Assembly (NCBI GenBank): GCA_021848095.1
Contig: JAJZMZ010000004.1
Coordinates: 5,111 to 69,110, forward strand
Length of the DNA stretch: 64,000 nucleotides
Source: Candidatus Micrarchaeota archaeon
GTDB taxonomy: Archaea; Micrarchaeota; Micrarchaeia; Micrarchaeales; CABMGC01
Direction of reading: 5' to 3'
This document shows, one piece after another, positions 54,184-63,305 of the stretch (its first letter is position 1; every line of letters begins with the position of its first letter). A model generated the notes under the pieces. The model had not been told where the DNA came from, did no database searches, and was given only the letters and a program-made list of their open reading frames with translations. Both the position numbers and the translations under genes were made by a program.

Positions 54184-54690
54184 TTACTCTCTTTTGTACT
54201 GCTTTAACTCTACTCTTTTATTTAATCCTAGAGAAACTAATCCTACTCCTAATGAAGTTATTCCTAAGAAGAAAAATCCTGCAGTTCCATTGCTCATTAT
54301 ATCTAAAGGTTTAGAGACTGCATTATTAACTACCGCATTATATGTTGCACATGCTTCTGAAACAAAGTAAGTAGCAGTAGAAAGAATACCTATTTTTGTA
54401 TACCTACTTGTTTTTTTGTTTTTAAAATAAATATTTTCTTCAAGCTTTTCTAATGATTTATCTAAAATCTTCTTTGCTAATGGCATACTAAAAAAAGCTA
54501 TGGGTAAAGCATCAAAGTATGTAAATCCATTAGTATTAGAACCATTAACTCTCAATAGTATATCTAAATCTGCAGTTACAAGTCCAAGCGGCATTGCAAC
54601 ATTTCTACTTAAAAACTTAGCTAAAGAATCTAAATTTTTAGCTAGAACTGTTTTTTCACTAACTTCTTTATTTTTTACATTTAACTTCAT
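54184..54690 (-). CDS. Hypothetical membrane-associated protein
   Basis: A 168-aa ORF with a C-terminal hydrophobic segment AGFFFLGITSLGVGLVSLGL. It lies 5 nt upstream of the coiled-coil gene. I recognise no family. Confidence 0.55.
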   Translation of the reverse strand: MKLNVKNKEVSEKTVLAKNLDSLAKFLSRNVAMPLGLVTADLDILLRVNGSNTNGFTYFDALPIAFFSMPLAKKILDKSLEKLEENIYFKNKKTSRYTKIGILSTATYFVSEACATYNAVVNNAVSKPLDIMSNGTAGFFFLGITSLGVGLVSLGLNKRVELKQYKRE

Positions 54691-54831
54691 ACGCTCAGTA
54701 TTATTCTTTATCTAGAAAAAGATATATACCCTTACAATTGATCGAATTTTATACAGTTAAAAATAGTAAGACTGCAAAACACAGAACAACATAGAACACT
54801 AATATTAAACTTTTTATACATATATTATTAG

Positions 54832-56013
54832 TTGAGATTTTTGGAGTTAAGCATAAGTGAATCAAGAGCAGTAATATCTACTTTAATTAGTGAGTACTAT
54901 CTCAAAGCAGATGATATTTATCCAGATAAAATTTCAGAACGTGAGTTCGGAGTAGGGGATTATGAATCAAAAATACGTTCAAGACATATCTCTTTTGAAA
55001 GTAAAAAAGCTTTTAAAGAGTATCTAGTTAAAAACTCCCCTCCTTTTATTTCTTGTTCAACTGCTTTTTATAAACATCCTTCATTTAGGCCAATGGAAAA
55101 TAAAGAATGGCAAGGTTCAGAGCTTGTTTTTGATCTCGATGCAACTGATATGAAGTTACCTTGTCAATCACAGCATGGGACATCATGGGTATGTGCGATT
55201 TGTTTATCTTCTGTAAAAGAAGAAACAATAAAACTTATAGAAGAGTTTTTAATTCCAGATTTTGGTTTTTCAAAAGATGAAATCGAGATAAATTTTAGCG
55301 GTAATCGAGGTTATCATGTACATATCAAAAAAGAAAGTACCTTTTCATTAGATCAAGCAGCAAGAAAAGAAATAAGTGACTACATAACTGGAAATGGTGT
55401 TGAACCAGAAGCATTTTTCAATTTAGAAGAGTTAAAAAAAGATACTGGAAGAACAACAAAAAAATTAATAGGGCCTAAAATAACCGACGGAGGTTGGTCT
55501 GGAAAAATAGCAAGAAATTTCATTAAAGAGTTAGAAAAAGGTTATGAAAATTTAATTTTATTAGGAATGGAAAAAAGCGTTGCAAGAAATTTATATAAGA
55601 AAAAAGCGTTAATCGAGTTAGGAATAAACAATGGTAATTGGGATATGGTCTACATAAAAAATAAAGGAGATTTCTGGAAAGATGTCTTAAAAACACAATC
55701 AATATACCAAAGCGATAAAATAGATCAAAATGTTACAAACGATCCTTCACATATGGTAAGATTAGCAAACACAATACACGGAGAAACAGGTTTACTATCA
55801 AAAAAGGTATCATTTAATGAACTAACTAACTTTAATCCAATGGCCGATACAGTACTTTTTGATAAAGGAACTATAAATGTAATTGCAAATTCTGAAAATA
55901 TATTGCATTTAAACAATCAAAGTTTTGGGCCTTTTAAAAACGAAAAAACCGAGTTACCAACATTTGCAGCTGTTTACCTGTTTTTAAAAGGAAAAGCAGT
56001 TTTTTTAAGATAA
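54832..56013 (+). CDS. priS: DNA primase small (catalytic) subunit PriS
   Basis: Catalytic ELVFDLDATD, the zinc motif CQSQHGTSWVCAICL, and SGNRGYHVHI. There is no in-frame ATG near the 5' end, so I infer a TTG start immediately after an in-frame TAG. Confidence 0.9.
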   Translation: MRFLELSISESRAVISTLISEYYLKADDIYPDKISEREFGVGDYESKIRSRHISFESKKAFKEYLVKNSPPFISCSTAFYKHPSFRPMENKEWQGSELVFDLDATDMKLPCQSQHGTSWVCAICLSSVKEETIKLIEEFLIPDFGFSKDEIEINFSGNRGYHVHIKKESTFSLDQAARKEISDYITGNGVEPEAFFNLEELKKDTGRTTKKLIGPKITDGGWSGKIARNFIKELEKGYENLILLGMEKSVARNLYKKKALIELGINNGNWDMVYIKNKGDFWKDVLKTQSIYQSDKIDQNVTNDPSHMVRLANTIHGETGLLSKKVSFNELTNFNPMADTVLFDKGTINVIANSENILHLNNQSFGPFKNEKTELPTFAAVYLFLKGKAVFLR

Positions 56014-56302
56014 AAATTATTTTTCAAAGAGGACAAAAACAAAATTCATCTCTATACATACAAAATTTAATGATTGTTTATTGGTAACCTACTTTCCACA
56101 TCTTTCCATGTATTTACATGCAGTTATCCAAAAGATATTTAAATACGTTTAACCATAAATATTGAGTATTCTGCATACCTTTATGTTAAAGGTATTATAC
56201 TGCAAGGTTTTTAATCTTGTATATTGTAAATATTAGTGTTAATATTCTCGTATGAGAATAATCTAATAAAAATAAAAAGCAGAGAATAAATCGGTGCTAT
56301 GA

Positions 56303-56878
56303 ATGGGCGCTTATAAATACATAAAAGAGAGCTTTCAAAACGAATACAAAAACAGAGAACAAGTGCTAAAGTCACGTGTATCTGAATGGAGAAAAGGTCC
56401 ATCACTTCAAAGAATAGAAAAACCTTCAAATGTAGCTAGAGCAAGAGAGTTAGGATACAAAGCAAAACAAGGTGTAATCGTAGTAAGAAGTTGTATAAGA
56501 AAAGGTATGAGAAAGAGAGAAAAGCCACGAGGAGGAAGAAAGCCTTCAAAGAACGGAAGATTTTTTTCATATTCTAAATCATTACAATCAATGGCAGAAG
56601 AAAGAGCAGCAAGAAAGTATCTTAATGCAGAAGTATTGAACTCTTACTATGTCGGAGAAGACGGAAGATATAAGTTTTTCGAAATAATATTGATAGACAG
56701 ATCAAATGGCTCAATAATGTCAGATCCTTTGTACAGTAAAGTAATAAAATTAAGAGGAAGAGCATTCAGAGGTTTAACAAGTTCAGGAATAAAGCACAGA
56801 GGAATGGCGCATAAAGGAAACACAACAAAGGTATCAAGACCAAGCGTAAGATCAGCACAAAGAGGAATAAGGGTTTAA
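56303..56878 (+). CDS. rpl15e: 50S ribosomal protein L15e (eL15)
   Basis: MGAYKYIKESFQNEYK...RIEKPSNVARARELGYKAKQGVIVVR...RKPSKNG. Confidence 0.95.
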   Translation: MGAYKYIKESFQNEYKNREQVLKSRVSEWRKGPSLQRIEKPSNVARARELGYKAKQGVIVVRSCIRKGMRKREKPRGGRKPSKNGRFFSYSKSLQSMAEERAARKYLNAEVLNSYYVGEDGRYKFFEIILIDRSNGSIMSDPLYSKVIKLRGRAFRGLTSSGIKHRGMAHKGNTTKVSRPSVRSAQRGIRV

Positions 56879-57120
56879 TGATGGCAACCGCAACGCTTAA
56901 TATTGAGTTAACAGAAAGTATTCAGTATCCTTCATTAATGAATGATGAAAACTTTAAAGATTCAGAAGTATCTATAAAAGCAATGAAGAATGGTTTAGCA
57001 ATAACATTCAAAGCAGAAGATCCTAAAGTTTTGCTATCATCAATTGGTAGTACAATAAGGAAATTAAGAGTTATAGAAGCTGTTTCAGAAGTTTCAACTG
57101 TGGATAAAAAAGCAGAATGA
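56878..57120 (+). CDS. Pcc1-like small protein (putative KEOPS subunit)
   Basis: An 80-aa protein. SEVSIKAMKNGLAITFKAEDPKVLLSSIGSTIRKLRVIEAV parallels the Pcc1/CTAG pattern (v.v...g..l.i...A.D..aLRa..ns.lr.l.v...v). The ATG overlaps the L15e stop. Confidence 0.5.
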   Translation: MMATATLNIELTESIQYPSLMNDENFKDSEVSIKAMKNGLAITFKAEDPKVLLSSIGSTIRKLRVIEAVSEVSTVDKKAE

Positions 57121-57130
57121 GGTTTTAAAG

Positions 57131-58087
57131 ATGAGAAAAGGTTCATTAGAGTATTGGCCACATAGACGTGCTAAAAAGCAGATGCCTAGAGTTAGAACTT
57201 ACTTAAAACAAAAAGAAAATGGTTTCTTAGGTTTGGTAGCATTCAAGGCAGGAATGACTCACATGCTCATGATAGATGACAGTGAATCACCAGCAAAGGG
57301 TACTGAGGTCGCAAGAGCAGTAACTGTTCTAGAAGTTCCAAAGATACACATTTATGGTTTAAGAGCTTACAAGAAAGGCTATGTTTACAAAGAAGTAGCT
57401 AACGAGGTTTACGATTCTAAAGTAGCTGTTAATGTAGGTATAAAAACAACTAAAAATACAGATATTTTAAAGTTAAAATCAATGGCAAATGATTTAATTG
57501 ATGTTACAGCACTAGCATATCTCGATGCTGGCTCATTAAGTTTTGGAAACAAAAGAGTAATGAGATTTGAAATTCCAGTAGGCGGAGAAGATGCATCATC
57601 AAAGCTTTCATTTATCGAAGGATTTATAGGTAAAGAAGTTAAGATAAATGACTTCATAAAACCTGGTGAGTACTTAGATTTAACTTCTATTTCAAAAGGA
57701 AAAGGATGGGCAGGAGTAATAAAAAGATTCGGCGTTTCAAGACAGTACAGAAAAGCTACTGGAAAGGTAAGACACGTCGGAACTATGGGAGCATGGCACC
57801 CACCAAAAGTTCTTTTCACAGTTCCACACTCTGGTCATAAGGGTTACAACTACAGAACAGAGATAAACAAAAGAGTACTAAAAGTAGGAAATGAAAAAGA
57901 TACAAACTCAATAAACATAAAAGGCGGTTTCACAAATTACGGAAATATTAACAACGAGTTCATAGTAATAGATGGTAGTATACCTGGTTCTGCAAAGAGA
58001 CTTGTAAGAATAAGAAAAGCAATAAGAAATAAAACAAAGGTAAAAGAACCACAAATAGTGTATACATCATTGGAATCAAAACAGTGA
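57131..58087 (+). CDS. rpl3: 50S ribosomal protein L3 (uL3)
   Basis: GSLEYWPHRRAK...FKAGMTHM...SKGKGWAGVIKRFGV...GTMGAWHPPKV. First gene of the L3-L4-L23-L2 order. Confidence 0.95.
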   Translation: MRKGSLEYWPHRRAKKQMPRVRTYLKQKENGFLGLVAFKAGMTHMLMIDDSESPAKGTEVARAVTVLEVPKIHIYGLRAYKKGYVYKEVANEVYDSKVAVNVGIKTTKNTDILKLKSMANDLIDVTALAYLDAGSLSFGNKRVMRFEIPVGGEDASSKLSFIEGFIGKEVKINDFIKPGEYLDLTSISKGKGWAGVIKRFGVSRQYRKATGKVRHVGTMGAWHPPKVLFTVPHSGHKGYNYRTEINKRVLKVGNEKDTNSINIKGGFTNYGNINNEFIVIDGSIPGSAKRLVRIRKAIRNKTKVKEPQIVYTSLESKQ

Positions 58088-58092
58088 GATAA

Positions 58093-58893
58093 ATGGAGGC
58101 AAATATTTACAATATCAATGGAGAAGCTTCTGGAAAGATTAAGTTACCAGAGGTTTTTGACGTAGAGTTCAGAGAAGATTTGATTAAAAGAGCAATACAT
58201 AGCGAACAAAGCAAAGAACTCCAACCACAAGGTCACTACTTAATGGCAGGTCTTAATACAACAGCCGTATATGTTGGAAAGTATTCGGGATACAGAAGAG
58301 GAAGACACATGGGTATTGCAATAAGACCAAGACAGAAGTTAGGAGCAGGAGCAATGGGAGATGTAAGAAAAATACCTTCATCAGTAAAAGGTAAAAGAGC
58401 ACACCCACACAAAATAGAAAAGATAATTGTAGAAAAAATGAATACTAAAGAATACATAAAAGCAATAAAATCTGCAATAGCAGGTTCAACTAAAAATGAA
58501 TTATTAGAAAAGAAACATATATTTGAAAAGAAGGTATTATCTCCAATAGTAGTTGAAAACAAAGCAGAGGAACTTTCAAAAGCAAAAGATATTATTTCAT
58601 TAATGGATAAATTAGGTCTTTCAAAAGATTTAGAAAAATCACATAAACCTAGATTAAGAAAAGGTTTGTCAAGAAGTTCTAATAAAAGACGTTTCAGGAA
58701 ATCAGTAATAATAATAGCTAAAAACGCATCGAAGGTAGAAAAAGCAGGAAGAAATATACCTGGAGTAGATGTCTGTTCAATAGATTCATTAACTGTGAAC
58801 AAATTAGCACCAGGTGGATTACCAAGAGTAGCAATCTGGACTAAAGATGCAGTAGAATCAATTGAAGCTACATTAAAAAAGAAAGAAGAGTGA
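58093..58893 (+). CDS. rpl4: 50S ribosomal protein L4 (uL4)
   Basis: Position between L3 and L23. GRHMGIAIRPRQKLGAGAMGDVRKIPSSVKGKRAHPHK. Confidence 0.95.
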   Translation: MEANIYNINGEASGKIKLPEVFDVEFREDLIKRAIHSEQSKELQPQGHYLMAGLNTTAVYVGKYSGYRRGRHMGIAIRPRQKLGAGAMGDVRKIPSSVKGKRAHPHKIEKIIVEKMNTKEYIKAIKSAIAGSTKNELLEKKHIFEKKVLSPIVVENKAEELSKAKDIISLMDKLGLSKDLEKSHKPRLRKGLSRSSNKRRFRKSVIIIAKNASKVEKAGRNIPGVDVCSIDSLTVNKLAPGGLPRVAIWTKDAVESIEATLKKKEE

Positions 58894-58897
58894 TATT

Positions 58898-59146
58898 ATG
58901 GTATTAGAGTATCCAATAGCTACAGAAAAAGCACTTAACATGACCGAAAGGAACAACACTATAATTTATGTTGTTACAAGTGACTCTACAAAGACAACTA
59001 TTAAAAAAGAGTTTGAAGATACATTTAAAGTAAAGGTACAAAAAGTTAATACTGTTTTAGAGCCTAATAATGTTAAACGAGCTTATATTACACTTAAAAA
59101 AGAGTATCTTGCATCTGAGATCGCAAAGAAACTTAAATTAGTATGA
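58898..59146 (+). CDS. rpl23: 50S ribosomal protein L23 (uL23)
   Basis: An 82-aa protein. YPIATEKALNMTERNNTIIYVV...AYITLKKE. Operon position fits. Confidence 0.95.
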   Translation: MVLEYPIATEKALNMTERNNTIIYVVTSDSTKTTIKKEFEDTFKVKVQKVNTVLEPNNVKRAYITLKKEYLASEIAKKLKLV

Positions 59147-59157
59147 AGGTGAAATGA

Positions 59158-59874
59158 ATGGGAAAAAGACTTAAACAACAAAGACGTGGAAAAGGCGGAA
59201 ATGTTTTCAGAAAGCCTGCAAACCACTTTAAAGCGGATGTTATGTTCCCTAAATATGTTCAATCTAAGGTAATCGGCGAGGTTGTCGAGTTCATAGATGA
59301 TCCTGGACACACAGCACCTTTAATGAAAATACTTTACGATAATCACAAAGAAAATGTATTAATAGCACCTGAAGGAATAAAGTTAGGAGATAAAATAGAA
59401 GAAGGATTAGGCGCATCAATGACTTTAGGAAGTATATTAAAATTAAAAGATATTCCTGATGGAATGCCAATTTACAACATAGAATCATATCCTGGTGACG
59501 GAGGTAAACTCACAAGAGCAGCAGGAACATTTTCAACTGTTGTTGCACACACTGGTAACACAGTAACAATCGCAATGCCTTCAAAGAAAAGTATTGATTT
59601 AAGTCCAGAGTGCAGAGCTGAGATAGGTGCTGTAGCTGGTGGAGGAGCAAAAACAAAACCAATAATGAAAGCAGGAAAGAACTTTTATATTAAACACGCT
59701 GTTAACAGAACATGGCCTATAAACAGAGGAGTTAAGTCAAACCCTGTAGACCACCCATTCGGAGGAAAACAGCACCACAAGGGAGCATCAAGTATGGTCT
59801 CAAGAAATGCACCTCCTGGAGCAAAGGTTGGTCACATAGCAGCTAGAAGAGTAGGTAGAAAGAAGAGAGGATGA
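59158..59874 (+). CDS. rpl2: 50S ribosomal protein L2 (uL2)
   Basis: GKRLKQQRRGKGG...NPVDHPFGGKQHHKG...GRKKRG. Confidence 0.97.
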   Translation: MGKRLKQQRRGKGGNVFRKPANHFKADVMFPKYVQSKVIGEVVEFIDDPGHTAPLMKILYDNHKENVLIAPEGIKLGDKIEEGLGASMTLGSILKLKDIPDGMPIYNIESYPGDGGKLTRAAGTFSTVVAHTGNTVTIAMPSKKSIDLSPECRAEIGAVAGGGAKTKPIMKAGKNFYIKHAVNRTWPINRGVKSNPVDHPFGGKQHHKGASSMVSRNAPPGAKVGHIAARRVGRKKRG

Positions 59875-59875
59875 T

Positions 59876-60268
59876 ATGGCAAGGCAATATAAATTTAGAG
59901 GAAAAACAATAGAGGAAATAACACCTCTAGATATTACAAAGTTTTCTTCAATGTTAACTTCAAGACAAAGAAGATCAATAAAACGTTTAGGTCATGAATA
60001 CAGAGAGTTAATGGAAAAGGTTAACGAAGCAATTAAAACAAAAAGCGAGAAGGTAATAAAAACACACATACGCGAAGCTGTAATACTACCTAGCTGGGTT
60101 GGTCTAAAGTTTGGAGTTTACAATGGTAAAGAGTTCAAAGAAATGACGATTACTGAACAAATGCTAGGTCATAGATTGGGAGAGTTTTCTTTCAGTACAA
60201 AAAGAGTTATTCACTCTGCTCCTGGTATCAGAGCTACAAGAGGTAGTAAGTTCTTAGAGGTGAAGTGA
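59876..60268 (+). CDS. rps19: 30S ribosomal protein S19 (uS19)
   Basis: FRGKTIEEI...MLGHRLGEFSFSTKRVIHSAPGIRATRGSKF. Confidence 0.95.
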   Translation: MARQYKFRGKTIEEITPLDITKFSSMLTSRQRRSIKRLGHEYRELMEKVNEAIKTKSEKVIKTHIREAVILPSWVGLKFGVYNGKEFKEMTITEQMLGHRLGEFSFSTKRVIHSAPGIRATRGSKFLEVK

Positions 60269-61092
60269 TGAAATATTCATTCAATTTAAATATAAGTAAA
60301 GATGCGTTGGCATACGCTTACAAAGACGACATTAACGCAAGTTACAAAGATCTTGGAGCTGTATGTGATGCAGTAAGATACTTAAAAGCAAGCAGCGCAG
60401 TAGCATTAACTGAAAAGTTATCTAGAATGGAGATGCCTATTTTATTCAGAAGACACAACAAACACATGGGAGCAAGACACGAACTTCATGGTAGAAAAGG
60501 TAAGTATCCAGTAAAAGCTGCAAAAGAAGTAAGGTTAGTTCTTTTAAATGCAATTGCAAATGCAAATAGCAAAGCACTTCCAGGTGAAGACCTTATAGTC
60601 TTACATGCATGTGCAAATAAAACCCAAATAGTAAGAAGACAACCATCAAAAGGTAGTATCTCTTGGGGTAGAGGAATGTATGGAAGAAGCGCATTGATGC
60701 ACAGCGACATTGAGTATGCAAAGATTGAGATTATCTTAGGAACACCTGATGAAAAAGAAATGACAAAAAACATGAAGTACTTTATACATAAAAAATCAAG
60801 AATTTCAAAGAAGTTAGAATCTGTAGAAAGAGTCAAAACAGTTAGAAAGGAAAAACCAAAGGATAAATCAAAAGACTCAAAAGAAGAAAAACCAAAAGCA
60901 AAAGAACAAAAAGAAGTAAAACAAAATAAAAATATAGCAGTAAAAACAGAAGAAAAGAAAGCAGAACAAAAAGTAGAAAAACAAGAAGTAAAAACAGAAC
61001 AAAAACCAAAAGAAATTGAACAAAAAACAGAGGTCAAAGCAGAAGCTAAAACAGAAAATGTTGATAATAAAGATTCAAAAGATAAAGAGTGA
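60265..61092 (+). CDS. rpl22: 50S ribosomal protein L22 (uL22) with a ~110-aa Lys/Glu-rich C-terminal extension
   Basis: The core runs DLGAVCDAVRYLKAS...GKYPVKAAKEVRLVLLNAIANA...LHACANKTQIVRRQ...AKIEIIL. From about residue 165 onward the sequence is a low-complexity K/E tail (KEKPKDKSKDSKEEKPKAKEQKEVKQ...). Confidence 0.9.
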   Translation: MMKYSFNLNISKDALAYAYKDDINASYKDLGAVCDAVRYLKASSAVALTEKLSRMEMPILFRRHNKHMGARHELHGRKGKYPVKAAKEVRLVLLNAIANANSKALPGEDLIVLHACANKTQIVRRQPSKGSISWGRGMYGRSALMHSDIEYAKIEIILGTPDEKEMTKNMKYFIHKKSRISKKLESVERVKTVRKEKPKDKSKDSKEEKPKAKEQKEVKQNKNIAVKTEEKKAEQKVEKQEVKTEQKPKEIEQKTEVKAEAKTENVDNKDSKDKE

Positions 61093-61754
61093 ATTGTGTG
61101 GTAGTAGAAAGAAAATTTATATCAGATCTTATAATAAAAACAAGAATTTCCAGATATATGGAATCTAAACTTGCAAGAGCAGGTTTCTCAAGAGTTGAGA
61201 TACAAAAAACTCCTATAATAACAAGAATAACACCTTATGTTATGAATCCAGGAAGAGTAATAGGAAGAGGAGGAGACACAATAGATTCACTGACTGAAAT
61301 TATGAAGAAGAAGTTCAAATTAGAAAATCCACAAATAAGCGTAGCAGAGGTACCAAATGCTAAATTGGAACCTAGATTGGTAGCAAAATCAATAGCTAAC
61401 TCATTAGAAAGAGGAATTAATCCTAGAAGATTAATCCACACTGCAATAAAAGAAATTATGGAAAACGGCGCACTAGGAGCTGAGATAATAGCTAAAGGAA
61501 AGCTAGCAGCAAAAGGCGCACGTGCAAAGAAGCTAAAAGTACGTTTAGGTTATCTTCCTAAATCTGGAAACTCATCAAAGCTTGTCGATGTAGCACAAAT
61601 TACTTCTTATCCTAAATATGGAGCAATTGGAGTAACAGTAAGAATAGTACAACCAGGAACAAAGTTCCCTGACAGAGACGTTAAAAAGATAGATATTCCT
61701 AAGAACATAGCAGCTGCTGGTTTCAACAAGAAACCAATTGATGCAAGAAGGTAA
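61089..61754 (+). CDS. rps3: 30S ribosomal protein S3 (uS3)
   Basis: KH domain block GRVIGRGGDTIDSLTEIMKKKF and operon position after L22. The start is GTG (61089 or 61098). Confidence 0.95.
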   Translation: MNCVVVERKFISDLIIKTRISRYMESKLARAGFSRVEIQKTPIITRITPYVMNPGRVIGRGGDTIDSLTEIMKKKFKLENPQISVAEVPNAKLEPRLVAKSIANSLERGINPRRLIHTAIKEIMENGALGAEIIAKGKLAAKGARAKKLKVRLGYLPKSGNSSKLVDVAQITSYPKYGAIGVTVRIVQPGTKFPDRDVKKIDIPKNIAAAGFNKKPIDARR

Positions 61755-61800
61755 TTATTCAAATAAATGTTTAAATATCTTTACAAACAAAATGATAATT

Positions 61801-61998
61801 ATGAAAATAAAAGAACTTAGAGCACTCTCAAACGAGGCTTTATTAGCAAAGTTAAGCGAGCTAAAGCTTGATAAGGGGATAGAGAAACGTAAAATCGTCT
61901 CTACAGGAGTTTCAAGCAAACAGGTAAAGCTAAGAGAGATGAAAAGAACAATAGCACAAATACTAACTCTTCTTAAAGAAAGAGGTGCAGCAAACTAA
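61801..61998 (+). CDS. rpl29: 50S ribosomal protein L29 (uL29)
   Basis: MKIKELRALSNEALLAKLSELKLDKG...REMKRTIAQILTLLKERG. I chose the start at 61801; the track extension overlaps S3 and is implausible. Confidence 0.9.
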   Translation: MKIKELRALSNEALLAKLSELKLDKGIEKRKIVSTGVSSKQVKLREMKRTIAQILTLLKERGAAN

Positions 61999-62303
61999 TG
62001 CCTGACATTTGTCCAAAATGTGGTCTCCCTAAAGAGATCTGTGTTTGCGATGTTTTAAACAAAGAAACAAACCGAAAAATAAAAGTATACACTGAAAGGA
62101 AAAAGTTCAAAAAATATATGACTGTAGTTTCTGGTTTGACTGGGGATGAAGTAGACAAAACAGCCAAAGAGTTAAAACGTATGTTAGCTTGCGGTGGAAC
62201 CTCAAAGAAAGGAATAATAGAACTTCAAGGAGAGCACAAAGAAGCCGTAAAGAAAGCACTACTCACTTTAGGTTATCCTGAAGAAAGCATCGACGCTTCT
62301 TAA
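61998..62303 (+). CDS. sui1: Translation initiation factor aSUI1 (eIF1 homologue)
   Basis: N-terminal zinc ribbon CPKCGLPKEICVC, then the SUI1 fold block IKVYTERKKFKKYMTVVSGL...LKRMLACGGTSKKGIIELQGEH. The ATG overlaps the L29 stop. Confidence 0.9.
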   Translation: MPDICPKCGLPKEICVCDVLNKETNRKIKVYTERKKFKKYMTVVSGLTGDEVDKTAKELKRMLACGGTSKKGIIELQGEHKEAVKKALLTLGYPEESIDAS

Positions 62304-62348
62304 TTATAAACACTGATACTGTTTATTTTTATTTCTTATTTTTACTAC

Positions 62349-62609
62349 TTATTTTAAACTAAGAACAACAAATCCCTTATTTTTAATCTCTTCTTCACTC
62401 CAGTACTTCATGTCCTTTGTGTGTAAAACATACGTTATTTCTTTTTTAATAACTCTTCCTGTATATGTACTTTTTTCATTATCCCACTCCTTTAAAACTA
62501 ATACATCTCCTTCATTATACTCTCTATCATCAAGTCTTAACTCAAATGTTTTCTTTCCTGAAAGTATTCGTTCAAAAAAAACAGGCCAAATCTTTTTTTC
62601 TATTTCCAT
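62349..62609 (-). CDS. ASCH/PUA-like small protein (DUF3850-type)
   Basis: An 86-aa protein. IWPVFFERILSGKKTFELRLDDREYNEGDVLVLKEWD...YTGRVIKKEITYV matches the pattern I recall for DUF3850 (p.yF..i..G.K.fE.R.nDR.y..GD.l.L.E...YTGR). Confidence 0.65.
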   Translation of the reverse strand: MEIEKKIWPVFFERILSGKKTFELRLDDREYNEGDVLVLKEWDNEKSTYTGRVIKKEITYVLHTKDMKYWSEEEIKNKGFVVLSLK

Positions 62610-62641
62610 TTATTCACCAATATCCTATTTCCTAATTAATT

Positions 62642-63274
62642 TTATATTTCTGAACTTGGACATAAATCTTTCAAGACACATCTTTCACAGAACTTTTCTC
62701 TCGCTGTACATGTGTCTCTTCCAAGGGCAATAAAAAGATTAGAAACAACCTTCCAGTACCTTTCAGGAACCTTCTTTTTGAGATCTACCTCTATTTTATC
62801 TGCTGTTTTATTTTTTGATAAACCTAATCTTTGCGAAACAACAATGCAATGCGTATCTACTGCTATTCCATACTTTGCTATATTAAATCCTTCATTAAGA
62901 ATTACATTTGCAACCTTTCTTCCCACTCCTGGAAGCTCCAATAACTCTGGCATTGTTCTAGGAACATTTCCATTGAACTTTTCTATTAATATTCCTGATG
63001 CTTTTTTCAAGTGTCGTGCCTTTGTTTTGTAATAGTTTAAACCACTTAAATCTTTATACAAACTTTTTATATTTGCACTAGAGTAATCATCAAATGTTTT
63101 ATACTTCTTAAAAAGTTCTTTTGTAACTTTGTTAACTTGATTATCATTACATCGAGGAGATAAAAGTACAGCAACTAAAAGCTCTGTATTATTTTTATGT
63201 ATAAGCTCTGTATGTAGTTTATCATTATATTTATCCAAAAGTCTTCCTATGATAAGTTCTGTAGAAGCAACCAT
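62642..63274 (-). CDS. nth: Endonuclease III (HhH-GPD DNA glycosylase/AP lyase with a 4Fe-4S cluster loop)
   Basis: HhH motif LLELPGVGRKVANVIL, catalytic-Asp region VDTHCIVVSQRLGL, and C-terminal CTAREKFCERCVLKDLC (C-x6-C-x2-C-x5-C). Confidence 0.9.
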   Translation of the reverse strand: MVASTELIIGRLLDKYNDKLHTELIHKNNTELLVAVLLSPRCNDNQVNKVTKELFKKYKTFDDYSSANIKSLYKDLSGLNYYKTKARHLKKASGILIEKFNGNVPRTMPELLELPGVGRKVANVILNEGFNIAKYGIAVDTHCIVVSQRLGLSKNKTADKIEVDLKKKVPERYWKVVSNLFIALGRDTCTAREKFCERCVLKDLCPSSEI

Positions 63275-63305
63275 AAATATAAATTACTTAAAAAGAATTA
63301 TATAT

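Noticed and set aside
56175-56195. Hairpin ATACCTTTA-TGT-TAAAGGTAT (9-bp stem), plus a second small inverted repeat ATTCTC-GTAT-GAGAAT at about 56244-56259. Both lie in the 290-nt spacer upstream of the eL15 operon.
   Set aside because: They could be a priS terminator or a leader element for the ribosomal operon. They are short, AT-rich and unsupported by conservation data, and I recognised no ncRNA family signature.
56211-56429. 72-aa minus-strand ORF overlapping the eL15 start region.
   Set aside because: It overlaps a highly conserved ribosomal protein gene. The hydrophobic low-complexity translation is likely spurious.
60486-61037. 183-aa minus-strand ORF opposite the L22 gene, and similarly 7684-7971 opposite the polybasic tail of 7247-7987.
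   Set aside because: The complement of AAG/GAA-rich Lys/Glu coding sequence gives long stop-free Phe/Ser/Leu frames. The ribosomal operon context supports the + strand reading.
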